A stretch of 64,000 nt of DNA, from the NCBI GenBank assembly GCA_965140415.1, contig OZ223209.1, positions 5,632,001-5,696,000 on the forward strand, in the 5' to 3' direction. Origin of the DNA: Myxococcota bacterium. GTDB taxonomy: Bacteria > Myxococcota_A > SURF-8. The translations under genes and the position numbers were made by a program. Every line of letters begins with the position of its first letter. Within the stretch, counting starts at the first letter, position 1. The notes beneath the pieces are model-generated. The model made no database searches. It had not been told where the DNA came from and worked only from the letters and a program-made list of their open reading frames with translations. This document shows positions 20,325 to 30,178 of the stretch, piece by piece.

Positions 20325-22373
20325 ATGCCCAGAGTTCTTTCCGCCCTGCTCGCTCTTTCATTTTTGTTCCTCGCACTGCCGCAGGCGTATGCCTGGCAGG
20401 TAGGTGTCGCTCCGGCAACTCGCAAAATCATGCAGGATCTGCCCGTTCCCAACGAGCAATCGGTACAACTCATGGCAGCACGTAACGAATGGGAAGCCTT
20501 CCAGATCGTTGTGAAAGACGATGCCGGTGTACAGGGCGTGGATGTCAGCATTACCGATCTTTCGATGCAGGATGGCGGCAGCATTTCCTCCGACAACATT
20601 CGCTTGTACCGGGAATATTACGTGGATATCACCAACGATTCTCCCGGATCGGTGACCTATCACGAGCGCGAACTCGGACTTTATCCCGACCCGCTGATTC
20701 CCTTTACCGATCCCTACGCCACCGAAAAGAAAGCGGTTGGCGCACCCTTCGATCTTCAGGGCGAACAGGTTGGAGCCATCTTCGTGGATTGCTACGTTCC
20801 CACCGATACAGCGCCGGGTGAATATACAGGAACAGCCACGGTTACGGCCACGGGCAAAGAGCCTGTTGAAATTCCGATTTCGTTGACAGTCTGGGAGTTG
20901 GAGCAGCCAAAGACAAAAAGTGTTGCCACCGCTTTCAACTTTTCCTGGGATCATATCGTGCGTTACCACGGCGGCATCGAGCAGACCGATGAAGAACTGG
21001 TGCAGACGATCATCAACAATTATTATATCGCACTGCATGAACATCACATCGATCCAACCCACTTGAAAGGTCCGGTGTCCTTTGAATTCGACGAAGATGG
21101 AGAACTGCTGCCCATCGACTGGACTGAATACGACGCCTACATGACGCCGTTCATGACTGGCTCGCTTTTCCCAGATGGCGAACCGGTGAAGCGCTTCAAC
21201 GTCACTTACTTCAAACCGGGTCGTGGCATCGGTTCGATGACGGAAGAACAGTATTCCCGCGCGGCGGCGGCCTTTGCCGAGCATCTGAACGAAAAAGGCT
21301 GGTGGGACAAGGCGTATATCTATGCCACCGACGAACCATGGTTGAACGGCGGCGATGAAACCTTCAATCAGATCAAGCATGACGCTACGCTGCTGTTCAC
21401 CTATTCGGATCTGTGGCGCGACAAGATCCTGGTTACGGGACCATACGACGAGCGCATCGGCGACGAAGTCGGTATCTGGTGCCCGGTGACACCGATGTAC
21501 GAAGACTGGTGGTGGATCGACGGTTCCCGCGCAGGCTGGGACGATTACACGCCGCTATTGGAGCAAGGCAAGCAATTGTGGTTTTACGTGTGCAATGCCA
21601 ATACACCGCCATATGCTGGGTATGACATCGATACGCAGATCGGCTACGAACCGCGCATCGTTAAATGGGGTACCTGGTTCGAACGTGGCAGCGGCTTTTT
21701 GTATTGGCGAGTCAATTACTGGATCGACAACGATCCCTGGAACAAGTACATGAACCTGGAGAATTTCGGCGAGCCTTTCTCGCGTAACGGCGACGGTATC
21801 CTGATTTATCCGGGCGATCACAACGGCAACAACGGCGGCATGGGATCGCCGGAAGACATCGCCATTGACGGCCCCATCCTTTCCTATCGTTTAAAGCAGA
21901 TTCGCGACGGCTTTGAAGACTGGGAATTGTTCAATCTTACCAGTCGCCTGGGCGGCGAAGACTACGTTCGCGAGCAGGTGCGCCGCGCCTATACACGCTT
22001 CGGAAATTTCTTTGTAGAAAGCTGCGAATCGGAAGATGCCTACTGCCCCGACGATCAACCCTGGACCCTGGATGAATACCTGTTATTTGAAGTCCGGGAG
22101 AACATCGCTAAAAAAGCCTTGTATCTTTCCTACCCGGATCGCTACCCGGACCCGGAAGCGTCAAGCACGGATGGCGATCTGGACGGGGAGTCTGTCGAGC
22201 AAGAAACGGATAATGACACTTCGGCCACGGATGGCGATCAGGTGGTAGAAGATGGGGATGATGGGTGCTCCGGTACGCAATCACCCAGTAGTTCATGGAG
22301 CCTGTTGCTGCTTTGCGCTGCGCTGTGCGCCTTGATGCTGCGTCGAAAGAATCGCTCTTATACAGGTCAGTAG
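20325..22373 (+). CDS. Exported DUF4091/GH123-like glycoside hydrolase with a C-terminal MYXO-CTERM-like anchor
   Basis: Signal peptide (AYA-W); AARNEWEAFQ; DEP; W.YVC; GFLYW; GDG.LIYPG; SYRLKQIRDGFEDWE; tail DDGC-linker-TM-RRKNR. Confidence 0.8.
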   Translation: MPRVLSALLALSFLFLALPQAYAWQVGVAPATRKIMQDLPVPNEQSVQLMAARNEWEAFQIVVKDDAGVQGVDVSITDLSMQDGGSISSDNIRLYREYYVDITNDSPGSVTYHERELGLYPDPLIPFTDPYATEKKAVGAPFDLQGEQVGAIFVDCYVPTDTAPGEYTGTATVTATGKEPVEIPISLTVWELEQPKTKSVATAFNFSWDHIVRYHGGIEQTDEELVQTIINNYYIALHEHHIDPTHLKGPVSFEFDEDGELLPIDWTEYDAYMTPFMTGSLFPDGEPVKRFNVTYFKPGRGIGSMTEEQYSRAAAAFAEHLNEKGWWDKAYIYATDEPWLNGGDETFNQIKHDATLLFTYSDLWRDKILVTGPYDERIGDEVGIWCPVTPMYEDWWWIDGSRAGWDDYTPLLEQGKQLWFYVCNANTPPYAGYDIDTQIGYEPRIVKWGTWFERGSGFLYWRVNYWIDNDPWNKYMNLENFGEPFSRNGDGILIYPGDHNGNNGGMGSPEDIAIDGPILSYRLKQIRDGFEDWELFNLTSRLGGEDYVREQVRRAYTRFGNFFVESCESEDAYCPDDQPWTLDEYLLFEVRENIAKKALYLSYPDRYPDPEASSTDGDLDGESVEQETDNDTSATDGDQVVEDGDDGCSGTQSPSSSWSLLLLCAALCALMLRRKNRSYTGQ

Positions 22374-22388
22374 AATCGGCCACAACCA

Positions 22389-22476
22389 AGGGTGATATGG
22401 GCGAAGCCCTAGGTTTGCCCGTGTTCGAAAGCAACATGGGCAAGCTCCGTTCTCTTTGTTTCGCCCATGACACCCG
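22389..22476 (+). repeat. Dispersed ~90-bp structured repeat, copy 1
   Basis: Reverse-complement similarity to 25951-26046 and 47006-47094; multiple internal inverted repeats. Confidence 0.85.
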
Positions 22477-22608
22477 CCGTGGGTCGTTTGTAACTTCTCC
22501 TCCTCTATCCAAGCCAATCGCGAATCGATTTCACAATCGCTCTTGACACGGTGCGTCATGATCGCTATACTTTCTTTGCAGCCGGGGTTTCCGGTGGAGG
22601 AAAGAATC

Positions 22609-23397
22609 ATGACAGACGTGGCTCAGGTTTTCGGTGCGGTCGGGCGGGGAATCGCCAAGGCGGGTGTTTTCGTTGGCCGTAAGCTGGCTGATGGCTATCA
22701 TTCCATCGACCCGGATGTCATTCGCCATATTTCACAGGTACCGCTGTTAAGTTATTCGCTGCTGGTTTCCAAAAACGAGCATATCGATCCCGGCGAATCG
22801 GACGGCTACCCGCCCTTGATTTTCGTGCATGGGCTGGGCGGCAATCGCGGGAATTTCCTTTTAATGTCCTGGTATTTAAGTATGCTGGGCCGCAAGCGCA
22901 GCTATAAAATCCACTTCGCCTCGGGGCAATCGATGGAGCAGATGGCCGAAGCGCTGGCCAAATTCATTCGCAACGTTCAACGCGCCACCGGCGAATCGCA
23001 AGTCGATATTGTTGCGCACAGCATGGGCGGGGTACTCGTTCGACTGGCGATGGTCGATCACGATGTGACCGATGCCATCCATACTTTGCTGACACTGGGA
23101 ACTCCGCATCATGGCACCTACCCAGCTCGTTACGCCAACACCGATCTAACCCGCAATCTGCGCCCGGACAGTGAAATCGTAAAGAAGATCAATGCGTTGC
23201 CATGGCCTAAGAATGTGCGCGGTATTACGATGTGGAGTAAAAACGACGTGTTTGTGCTGCCGCCGGAATCGGCCAAGGTGGAAGGAACCGAGCAGATCGA
23301 GATGACCCCCTTCACCCATTACAGTTATCTGATCGATCCTAAAGCCTGGTCACAAGTGGGACGTATGTTGATGGCAGAACAAATCCCGGCGAATTGA
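22609..23397 (+). CDS. Alpha/beta-fold lipase/esterase
   Basis: FVHGLGG oxyanion motif, VAHSMGG nucleophile elbow, LGTPHHGT, ND.FV, THY; GGAGG SD. Confidence 0.9.
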   Translation: MTDVAQVFGAVGRGIAKAGVFVGRKLADGYHSIDPDVIRHISQVPLLSYSLLVSKNEHIDPGESDGYPPLIFVHGLGGNRGNFLLMSWYLSMLGRKRSYKIHFASGQSMEQMAEALAKFIRNVQRATGESQVDIVAHSMGGVLVRLAMVDHDVTDAIHTLLTLGTPHHGTYPARYANTDLTRNLRPDSEIVKKINALPWPKNVRGITMWSKNDVFVLPPESAKVEGTEQIEMTPFTHYSYLIDPKAWSQVGRMLMAEQIPAN

Positions 23398-23417
23398 ACC
23401 AGATAGAATAGCGGATT

Positions 23418-24197
23418 TCAGGTCAATAGATATTCCAGTTCCAGATCGATCGAGGTCGGATCGATGCGGAACAGCCAGTTTTCCATCGGCTGCATGGTAA
23501 CCTGCTCTGGGCTGCGTTGTACCAACTGGTTGATTTCGATGACACGCCCACCCAACGGACACCAAAGCGTATAAGCTCTTCCATCCGTCGCCGTAATGCG
23601 CGCGCAACCGGAGCCCTGAGAAACGCTGTCACCAACGGCAGGTAGTTCAACAGTGGCAATATCACCGATCGTGGCAATGAAATTGCGCTCAACGCCAATG
23701 ACTACACTGGCATCCTTTTCGATACGCGCCCAGCTATGATGCCGTAACGTATACGTTTTCCCAGGCTTTAGAGCATCGTCATCCAGCACGGCTTCCGTTT
23801 GCTCTTCGCCTTCAACCTCGGAGAGTTTGCCCACCGCCATGGCTCGATGAACCAGGTTATTGAATTCTTCCTTGGTAAAAGGCTTGGCCAGAAAATCGAA
23901 AGCTCCCAGCCGCATCGACTGCAACGCCGTTTTCATCGTGGCATAGCCGGTGATCAAGATCACACGCACGTCACGGTCGATTTCTCTGACTTTCTGCAAG
24001 AATTCCAACCCGTTCATGCCAGGCATCATCAAATCGGTGATGACGACATCGTAGGTACGGGATTCCATCATCGCCAGTCCGAGTTGGGGCGATTGAACGG
24101 TATCGAGTTCGTAGTTGGACCCTTTCAACACACGCCGGATGCTGAGCAAGACCACTTCTTCATCATCGACAACAAGTATTTTTCCGGGGGTATCCAT
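23418..24197 (-). CDS. Response regulator: REC domain fused to a glycine-cleavage-H-like domain
   Basis: ILVVDDE, ITDLMMP, ITGYA, AKPF; C-terminal H.W...G...IGDI..VELP.VG..V.QG...PLGGRVIEIN...P...WLFRI matches GcvH, but ESVK is absent. Confidence 0.88.
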   Translation of the reverse strand: MDTPGKILVVDDEEVVLLSIRRVLKGSNYELDTVQSPQLGLAMMESRTYDVVITDLMMPGMNGLEFLQKVREIDRDVRVILITGYATMKTALQSMRLGAFDFLAKPFTKEEFNNLVHRAMAVGKLSEVEGEEQTEAVLDDDALKPGKTYTLRHHSWARIEKDASVVIGVERNFIATIGDIATVELPAVGDSVSQGSGCARITATDGRAYTLWCPLGGRVIEINQLVQRSPEQVTMQPMENWLFRIDPTSIDLELEYLLT

Positions 24198-24224
24198 CGT
24201 GATTCCTCTCACTAAGCCAACAGA

Positions 24225-25769
24225 TCACACTTTCTTTTGGCTCCGTTCAGCGGGCAGGCGGACGATAAATGTCGTCCCCACTCCGGGTGTGGAAGATACA
24301 TCCAAAGAGCCGCCGTGTTCCTCAATAATTCCCAAACTTATCGATAAACCCAATCCCTGGGTTCGTCCTTCTTTCGTGGAAAAGAACGGTTCGAAAATCC
24401 GCGCTCTTTCTTCCGGCGTCATTCCCTTGCCCTCGTCGATCACTTCGATTTCGATCAGCGGATCGGGCGGCGTATGCCGGGAAATGATATGAATATCACC
24501 GCCTTTTGGCATGGCTTGGGAAGCATTGACCAGCAGATTTAAAATGACCTGCTGTAACTGGCTGGTATTGCCGCGCACCAGAGGCAGGTCGATTTGCGTG
24601 TTGGTATGGATTTTACAATTCTGGAAACGTGCCAACCGCTCCACCAGTTTGATGGTGCGGCGAATGGCTTCGTTGAAATCGACAATACCGATTTCCATGT
24701 TGTCGGGACGGGCGAAGTCGAGCAGGTTGCGCACGATATTGCGGCAGCGAATCGACTCGCGCTTGATTACCAGGAAATCCTCGTAACGTTCGTCGTCTTT
24801 GGAGGTTTCATCGAGCAGATCCTGGGAAAAGGTCAGAATGCCGGTCAGCGGGTTGTTGATTTCGTGGGCAACTCCGGCGGCAAGTTGGCCCAGAGAAGCC
24901 ATTCGTCCAGACAGCACGAGCTGGCGCTGGCTGAATTGAAGCTTTTCCTGCATACGATTGAAGGCACGCGTCAATTCGCCCAGTTCATCCTGACGACCAC
25001 CGTAAATCGGCTCGTTCCAGACGCCTTCCCCGACACGGTCGGTGGCATGAGCAAGACGGGCCACCGGTCGCAGAATCAAGCGCCGCACGATCAACAGTGT
25101 GATCGTACTCATCCCGATAATGGCCAGTAGCGCAAACAAAACCGTATGTATTTGAGCTTTGAAAATGCTGTCCTGTACCTGAGTCAGCGAAATGGACACA
25201 TCCAGTAAGCCTAGAATTTTCTGTTCGGGCGGATGATAATGACATTCCGAGGTGGAGCAGTCGGGCGCATTGAAAACGGGATTGGCAACGCGCAGATAGC
25301 GGATGCCTTCCGAACTGGTAAAGAAATGCGCATCGATTTTGGCTTCGGAAGGCATAACACCTTCCACCTGGTGACAGGTTCGGCAGGCATCGTGAATGAT
25401 TTCAAGCCGTTGTCCACGTTCCAGCACATCGGAGGAAAGCCATACCGAACTGTCCGTGCGATGCGAGAGCAGACGCACGCTATAGACTTCCTTGTGTTCT
25501 CCCAGCCGTTCAAAGGTGCCGGTCAAGGCTTCCATATCGTTGGCGAGCATGTCCCGGTGAATATCCGCCTTGATGAACTCGGTGAGCATTTTGCTCGTTT
25601 GGATTTTTTCCTGAATGATGGTTTCCCGATAAAATCGGAATGCGAAAAAAGAAGTAAACCCGATAATGACCACACCAAGAATGACCACAGCGACCACCAT
25701 CTTGGTGCCGATCTGCCCGATCCCCTCCCTCGTGATCGATTCGGTTTTCTTAAAAAGATTTCGTATCAC
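24225..25769 (-). CDS. Membrane sensor histidine kinase with a periplasmic heme-c-motif domain and HAMP
   Basis: Two TM helices flanking CRTCH and CSTSECH; HAMP (DELGELTRAFNRM); AHEINNPL; NLLVNA; DEGKGM; GLGLSIS. Confidence 0.92.
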   Translation of the reverse strand: MIRNLFKKTESITREGIGQIGTKMVVAVVILGVVIIGFTSFFAFRFYRETIIQEKIQTSKMLTEFIKADIHRDMLANDMEALTGTFERLGEHKEVYSVRLLSHRTDSSVWLSSDVLERGQRLEIIHDACRTCHQVEGVMPSEAKIDAHFFTSSEGIRYLRVANPVFNAPDCSTSECHYHPPEQKILGLLDVSISLTQVQDSIFKAQIHTVLFALLAIIGMSTITLLIVRRLILRPVARLAHATDRVGEGVWNEPIYGGRQDELGELTRAFNRMQEKLQFSQRQLVLSGRMASLGQLAAGVAHEINNPLTGILTFSQDLLDETSKDDERYEDFLVIKRESIRCRNIVRNLLDFARPDNMEIGIVDFNEAIRRTIKLVERLARFQNCKIHTNTQIDLPLVRGNTSQLQQVILNLLVNASQAMPKGGDIHIISRHTPPDPLIEIEVIDEGKGMTPEERARIFEPFFSTKEGRTQGLGLSISLGIIEEHGGSLDVSSTPGVGTTFIVRLPAERSQKKV

Positions 25770-25950
25770 AGGCTCACAGGTCCGTTACGTCCAGCACTAG
25801 CGCTGAAAGACAACACGCATCCACCCGCCAACGATCAAGGCATTGCTTTATCGATACAACGAGAGGTCCGGTTTATATATCCATTATATTCCACCGGTTT
25901 TAAAAACCTAGCGAAAAAACAATGTGGGCTACAAGAGGGTGTATCACAAG

Positions 25951-26046
25951 CAGGTGCTATGGGCGAAGCAAAGAGAAACGGAGTTTGCCCATGTACCTCT
26001 CGAACACGGGCAAGCCTACGGCTTAGCCCGCGCCACCCTGAAATCA
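25951..26046 (-). repeat. Dispersed ~90-bp structured repeat, copy 2
   Basis: One half matches copy 3 at 44 of 48 nt (CTCGAACACGGGCAA..CCACCCTG.AATCA). Confidence 0.85.
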
Positions 26047-26172
26047 AACAAGTTTTCAACTTATTGTGATGCACACCCTTCAGGCTGATCGCAATTGGAG
26101 GCGTTTCTTAAAAGCACCCCTAATTGCTTTCGGTCAACAACAACCTGATTGTCGTGCGAATCGAGTGCCGCC

Positions 26173-28128
26173 CTAGGCGACGCCCTCCTGCTCCGTGGGC
26201 TCTTCTTCCACCGGCGTACTTTCATCCGGCTTGATCACTCCCTTGAACACCAAAATGAGAATCGGGCTGGAGATTGCGATAACTCCAAGGATCAACCACA
26301 TCATTTCCGGGCCGTTGTACCAGCTACGTGCACCGGACACGATATCGTTCATGACGCCATCCGGACAATATTTGGTAAGCAGTTTTCCGGAGAGCCAGCC
26401 GTTGAGCGGTTTGGCTAGGAACATCGGAAGTACGGCCATACTCATGTACGAGCCTTCACGCCCTTTGGGAGCAATCGTCACGGTATATTCAGACAGTCGG
26501 GGCGACCAGATCAATTCTCCGAAGGAAAAGAGAACGATTTGAATGAGGATCAAAGTCAGATATCCGCTTTCCAGGCTCCATCCGATCAGGGTAAAGAGCT
26601 TTGCGGGAACCACCAGCGCAAAGACTGAAAGCGAGGAAACGATGGTTCCAACGATAATCAACCGGAAGACGCTAAATCGCATGATCACGGGAATGAGCAG
26701 AATCAAACCGATGGTGATGATGGTCGGGTTGATGGTGTTCATCATTCCGATTGGTGCATCTTCGCCAAGGATACGAGTGTAATACTTTGGAAACACGATG
26801 AACTGATGGGTAAAAGTCAATTTCACACCGATCAATAACGAAATGAACAGCATGAAACGCCAGAAAGCGGTTTCCTTCATAACGGAAATCGCAATGGAAA
26901 TCGGATTCTCGCGATCCTCTTTTTTCACTTCGGGCATGTTGACGATTTCGCCATCCTCTTCGACCTTGATCCCACTGCGCAATAACAGAACACCCGCACT
27001 ACAGATCACGGCCATCAAGGCGCCGAAAAGAAAGATCGCTTCATTGCCGAAATTGAGGCGTAGTGCATCGAACATGGCAAACGACATGACCGCGCCGATG
27101 TTCATGGTCAGATACTGGAAGTTAAAGGCGGTGCCGGAAGTACGCTTATTGGTGTAGCGGCGTAGTGCAACATAGATTGCAGGCACCATAAGTGCTTCGC
27201 CTACCGCCGTCACTAACAGGATCAGGTGCATGACGATCATCAGCATGTCGAGGAAGGTATATTCCGGCGTGTTCTTGAACATTCCGATTACGCCCAGCGT
27301 ATTCTTGTAAAAGCCGGTTTCCGTGAACGACGCCAACCAGGACGGAAGTTGGCTGCGCGGTCTCAATTCGGGGTAGGACTGGACGGTAGCGATCAGTGTG
27401 GTCTTCAGTTCCTGCGGTTCCGATTCCATATCCAAATAGTATTTTTTGGCCAACACCGGATTCTCACCGACCATCAGGATCACAGCTTTTTTCAGGTTCT
27501 TCTGATCCTTCATCTCCTCTTTCAGATCTCCCTGAAACGCCTCCTTGATTGCAGCGGACTTGGGTAGGGCCAACATGAAGGTATCGAACAACTTCTGGGA
27601 ATCCTCACTCAAGACTTCAATGGTGTCATCGCCTTGCGGAGCAAACACATTATATTGTTTGATCAGGTCGATCTGGGCGTGTTTGAGAGAATCGGAACTC
27701 TTGGTGAAAAACGATTTATCGTAACCTTTGTCGATGATCGTCGCCCTCGTTTGCTCGAAATCAAGGGTTTTGCCCAGATCCCAGCTATCCACCGGCGTCG
27801 TAATACCCAGTAGGAAGCGACAGGGAATCAAGATCACCATGGAGATAAACAAGGCTTTTTTCACACCGATCGAATCGATGATAAAGCCGGAGAAAAACAT
27901 GACCAGAGAAAGGAACAGGGTGAAATAACCCATTACATTCCCGGCATGTTCGTCGTTCAAGCCGACATTGTTCGTCAAGTAGAGGGTGAGCACCGTGATG
28001 AAGGAGAAATACGCCAGCATCTCGAAGAAGTTGATAACCAAATTCAAAATCCAGAATTCTCTTGGAGTTTGACCCAGAATCTTGAATTCGGAAAAATACT
28101 TTTTCACTTCGTTCCACATAGCTGTCAT
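26173..28128 (-). CDS. MFS transporter (POT/peptide-like) with a large hydrophilic insertion
   Basis: About 12 TM segments; FFEMLAYF, GFIIDSIGVKK (motif A-like), GELIWSP, IAPKGREGSYM; AAGGAG SD. Confidence 0.88.
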   Translation of the reverse strand: MTAMWNEVKKYFSEFKILGQTPREFWILNLVINFFEMLAYFSFITVLTLYLTNNVGLNDEHAGNVMGYFTLFLSLVMFFSGFIIDSIGVKKALFISMVILIPCRFLLGITTPVDSWDLGKTLDFEQTRATIIDKGYDKSFFTKSSDSLKHAQIDLIKQYNVFAPQGDDTIEVLSEDSQKLFDTFMLALPKSAAIKEAFQGDLKEEMKDQKNLKKAVILMVGENPVLAKKYYLDMESEPQELKTTLIATVQSYPELRPRSQLPSWLASFTETGFYKNTLGVIGMFKNTPEYTFLDMLMIVMHLILLVTAVGEALMVPAIYVALRRYTNKRTSGTAFNFQYLTMNIGAVMSFAMFDALRLNFGNEAIFLFGALMAVICSAGVLLLRSGIKVEEDGEIVNMPEVKKEDRENPISIAISVMKETAFWRFMLFISLLIGVKLTFTHQFIVFPKYYTRILGEDAPIGMMNTINPTIITIGLILLIPVIMRFSVFRLIIVGTIVSSLSVFALVVPAKLFTLIGWSLESGYLTLILIQIVLFSFGELIWSPRLSEYTVTIAPKGREGSYMSMAVLPMFLAKPLNGWLSGKLLTKYCPDGVMNDIVSGARSWYNGPEMMWLILGVIAISSPILILVFKGVIKPDESTPVEEEPTEQEGVA

Positions 28129-28322
28129 TCTCCTTGAGCGCGGAAATTATTGTCGTGCAAGTCGTGACGGGCAGGTGTTCTCGTCCGAGACGATAGAAAC
28201 TTCTAACACCCGGTAAATCGTTTGTAAAGAGGAAAACAGGAAGGAGGGGGGGAGCACGCTACCCCCTTGAACAGAGCAACGAAGGAATGTATTTCAATCG
28301 ATGAATTGCTGTGGTTTGCCGA

Positions 28323-29249
28323 TTACGTCAATACACCTGTGGTTCTGCGATGCTCAATATTACGTTCAGTGTAGAAATCCAAATGACGAATAGCAGAGAG
28401 GCTATTATCAAGTTGGTGGCAATATGAAATAATACTCAAGCAATTGTCTTGAGGACATTGACACACACCCTTGCGCTTTATCCGTCCATCGAGAAAGTTT
28501 CCCATAATTTTCGATCGTTTAAAAAAGGAACGTTTTCCTTCGTAACCACAGCTTGTCAAGTCGCCGTTGCTGATATCTACGTTGAAAAAAGTATCTGCCG
28601 CATCGCAGGCCTTTCCGTGGCATGGATTTAATCCATGAATGAAATCCCAGTCCTGCTCGCATGTATATCGCCCAACTATTTCTCGATACTCAGGGGAATT
28701 ACCCTTCGCAAAATCTGCCGCAACATTCAGAAAAACATCTTGGTCGTGAAATCGTTTAACAAGATCGTCAAGATCGAGATTGTTCTCTTTGAGATACTGC
28801 ATGTTCTCACCGCTTGCCACGAAATTTACCATGCCGACCATCTCATGCTTTTTAAGTCGCATAACAGAATCCCAGATCTGCTCGAAATCGAATCTATGTG
28901 TATGCCAAGAACAATTAAGTTTGATTCTACTATCCACGCATTGTTTAAGAATTTTATTGGTGAAAGTCATGTTCGTATCGACACGAACCCAATATACAAA
29001 GTCGTAAGAAAGAAATCCGTTGATAAGTTCATACGTCCCATTCAACAGAAACGGTTCTCCGCCCCAAAGATAGAACTCAACGTTATTATTCTTGAAATGA
29101 CTCATCGCTTCAACCCACCGCTCTGGCGAGATCGAATCGAACATCGTTGGCTCCGTGCCCTTTGAATGTGGCAGAAAGCAATACGGACAACGCAAATTAC
29201 AGCGCATCGTGGGTACAAAGCGAAATTGGAGAAAGTTTGCTGGACTCAT
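28323..29249 (-). CDS. Radical SAM protein with a Cys-rich (SPASM/Twitch-like) C-terminus
   Basis: CNLRCPYC, WGGEP, DTN; additional C-terminal cysteines. Confidence 0.88.
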   Translation of the reverse strand: MSPANFLQFRFVPTMRCNLRCPYCFLPHSKGTEPTMFDSISPERWVEAMSHFKNNNVEFYLWGGEPFLLNGTYELINGFLSYDFVYWVRVDTNMTFTNKILKQCVDSRIKLNCSWHTHRFDFEQIWDSVMRLKKHEMVGMVNFVASGENMQYLKENNLDLDDLVKRFHDQDVFLNVAADFAKGNSPEYREIVGRYTCEQDWDFIHGLNPCHGKACDAADTFFNVDISNGDLTSCGYEGKRSFFKRSKIMGNFLDGRIKRKGVCQCPQDNCLSIISYCHQLDNSLSAIRHLDFYTERNIEHRRTTGVLT

Positions 29250-29269
29250 TATGTTATACCGCCTCTTCC

Positions 29270-30178
29270 TTATCGTTTCAGATCGAAATTTTCAAGAGTC
29301 TGTTCTATCTGCTTAAAATGATTGTTTACAGTTTCAGAAGCTAAATCCCGGAAAGCTTTTTGCCGTTGTCGTATGAGATCTTTATTTTCTTGTAGTTTGT
29401 GAATCAAGACCTTCAGCTTATTTACTTCTTCGTATTTAATACAGAATTCCTCTATTCCGCATTCCGTCATTAATGCCCTGATTTTCGGACAAACATCGAT
29501 TCCTATCACGGGAATGCCACGCTGAATGGCAGCAACTACGCCATGGTAGCGTGCAGAAATAACAAGTCCAATATTTTCCGTCATATGTTCGATATCGCAT
29601 TTCGTTGTTTCGAATTCATTGACAGTTATCTCGGTATAATTTTTTTCTATTTTGGAAATCCATTGGTTGCGATTTGTGACCGGTCCAATGTACTCTCTGA
29701 AATCATCGAAACTCAACAACACCGATGGATCACGCCAAATGAAAAGACAACGTTTCTCCATTTGTCTATCCACCCAAGGTAACGGACGGGCAAAAGTGAG
29801 ATCATAGGAACGGTAACGCTCATCAAGTTGCATGCATTTCAAAGAATATTCATCACGAACGAAAAAGAATTCAGCCTCAGCAGCCAACTCGGATGCTCTT
29901 GTATCTTTGTGCTTGAATTCCGCACCGAGACCTGCCATCCCGAACGGAATAGAAATCCTGGCATTCCAAGGAGGTATGACGTCCCGAATAAACAACCCAC
30001 CTCCAGCGCAAATAACGAAACGATATGGTTTAAAATCTAAAACACCCGTATCGATGTAATCTGCTTCGGGAAAACGCTCTAACCAAATACTTCGGATCCA
30101 ATTGTCACCTAAATTTTTCCCCTGCCACCATCCCCAAATAGCAAGCTTAGGTTTGTTTTTCCTAAACCATTTCAACAT
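29270..30178 (-). CDS. Polysaccharide pyruvyl transferase family protein
   Basis: GWWQGKNLGD, AGGGLF, VRDEYS, DLTF, ISARYHG. Confidence 0.88.
   Translation of the reverse strand: MLKWFRKNKPKLAIWGWWQGKNLGDNWIRSIWLERFPEADYIDTGVLDFKPYRFVICAGGGLFIRDVIPPWNARISIPFGMAGLGAEFKHKDTRASELAAEAEFFFVRDEYSLKCMQLDERYRSYDLTFARPLPWVDRQMEKRCLFIWRDPSVLLSFDDFREYIGPVTNRNQWISKIEKNYTEITVNEFETTKCDIEHMTENIGLVISARYHGVVAAIQRGIPVIGIDVCPKIRALMTECGIEEFCIKYEEVNKLKVLIHKLQENKDLIRQRQKAFRDLASETVNNHFKQIEQTLENFDLKR

Noticed and set aside
23418-23760. Functional glycine cleavage H protein (gcvH)
   Set aside because: Fused to a receiver domain, lacks the lipoylated Lys, and no other gcv genes are nearby.
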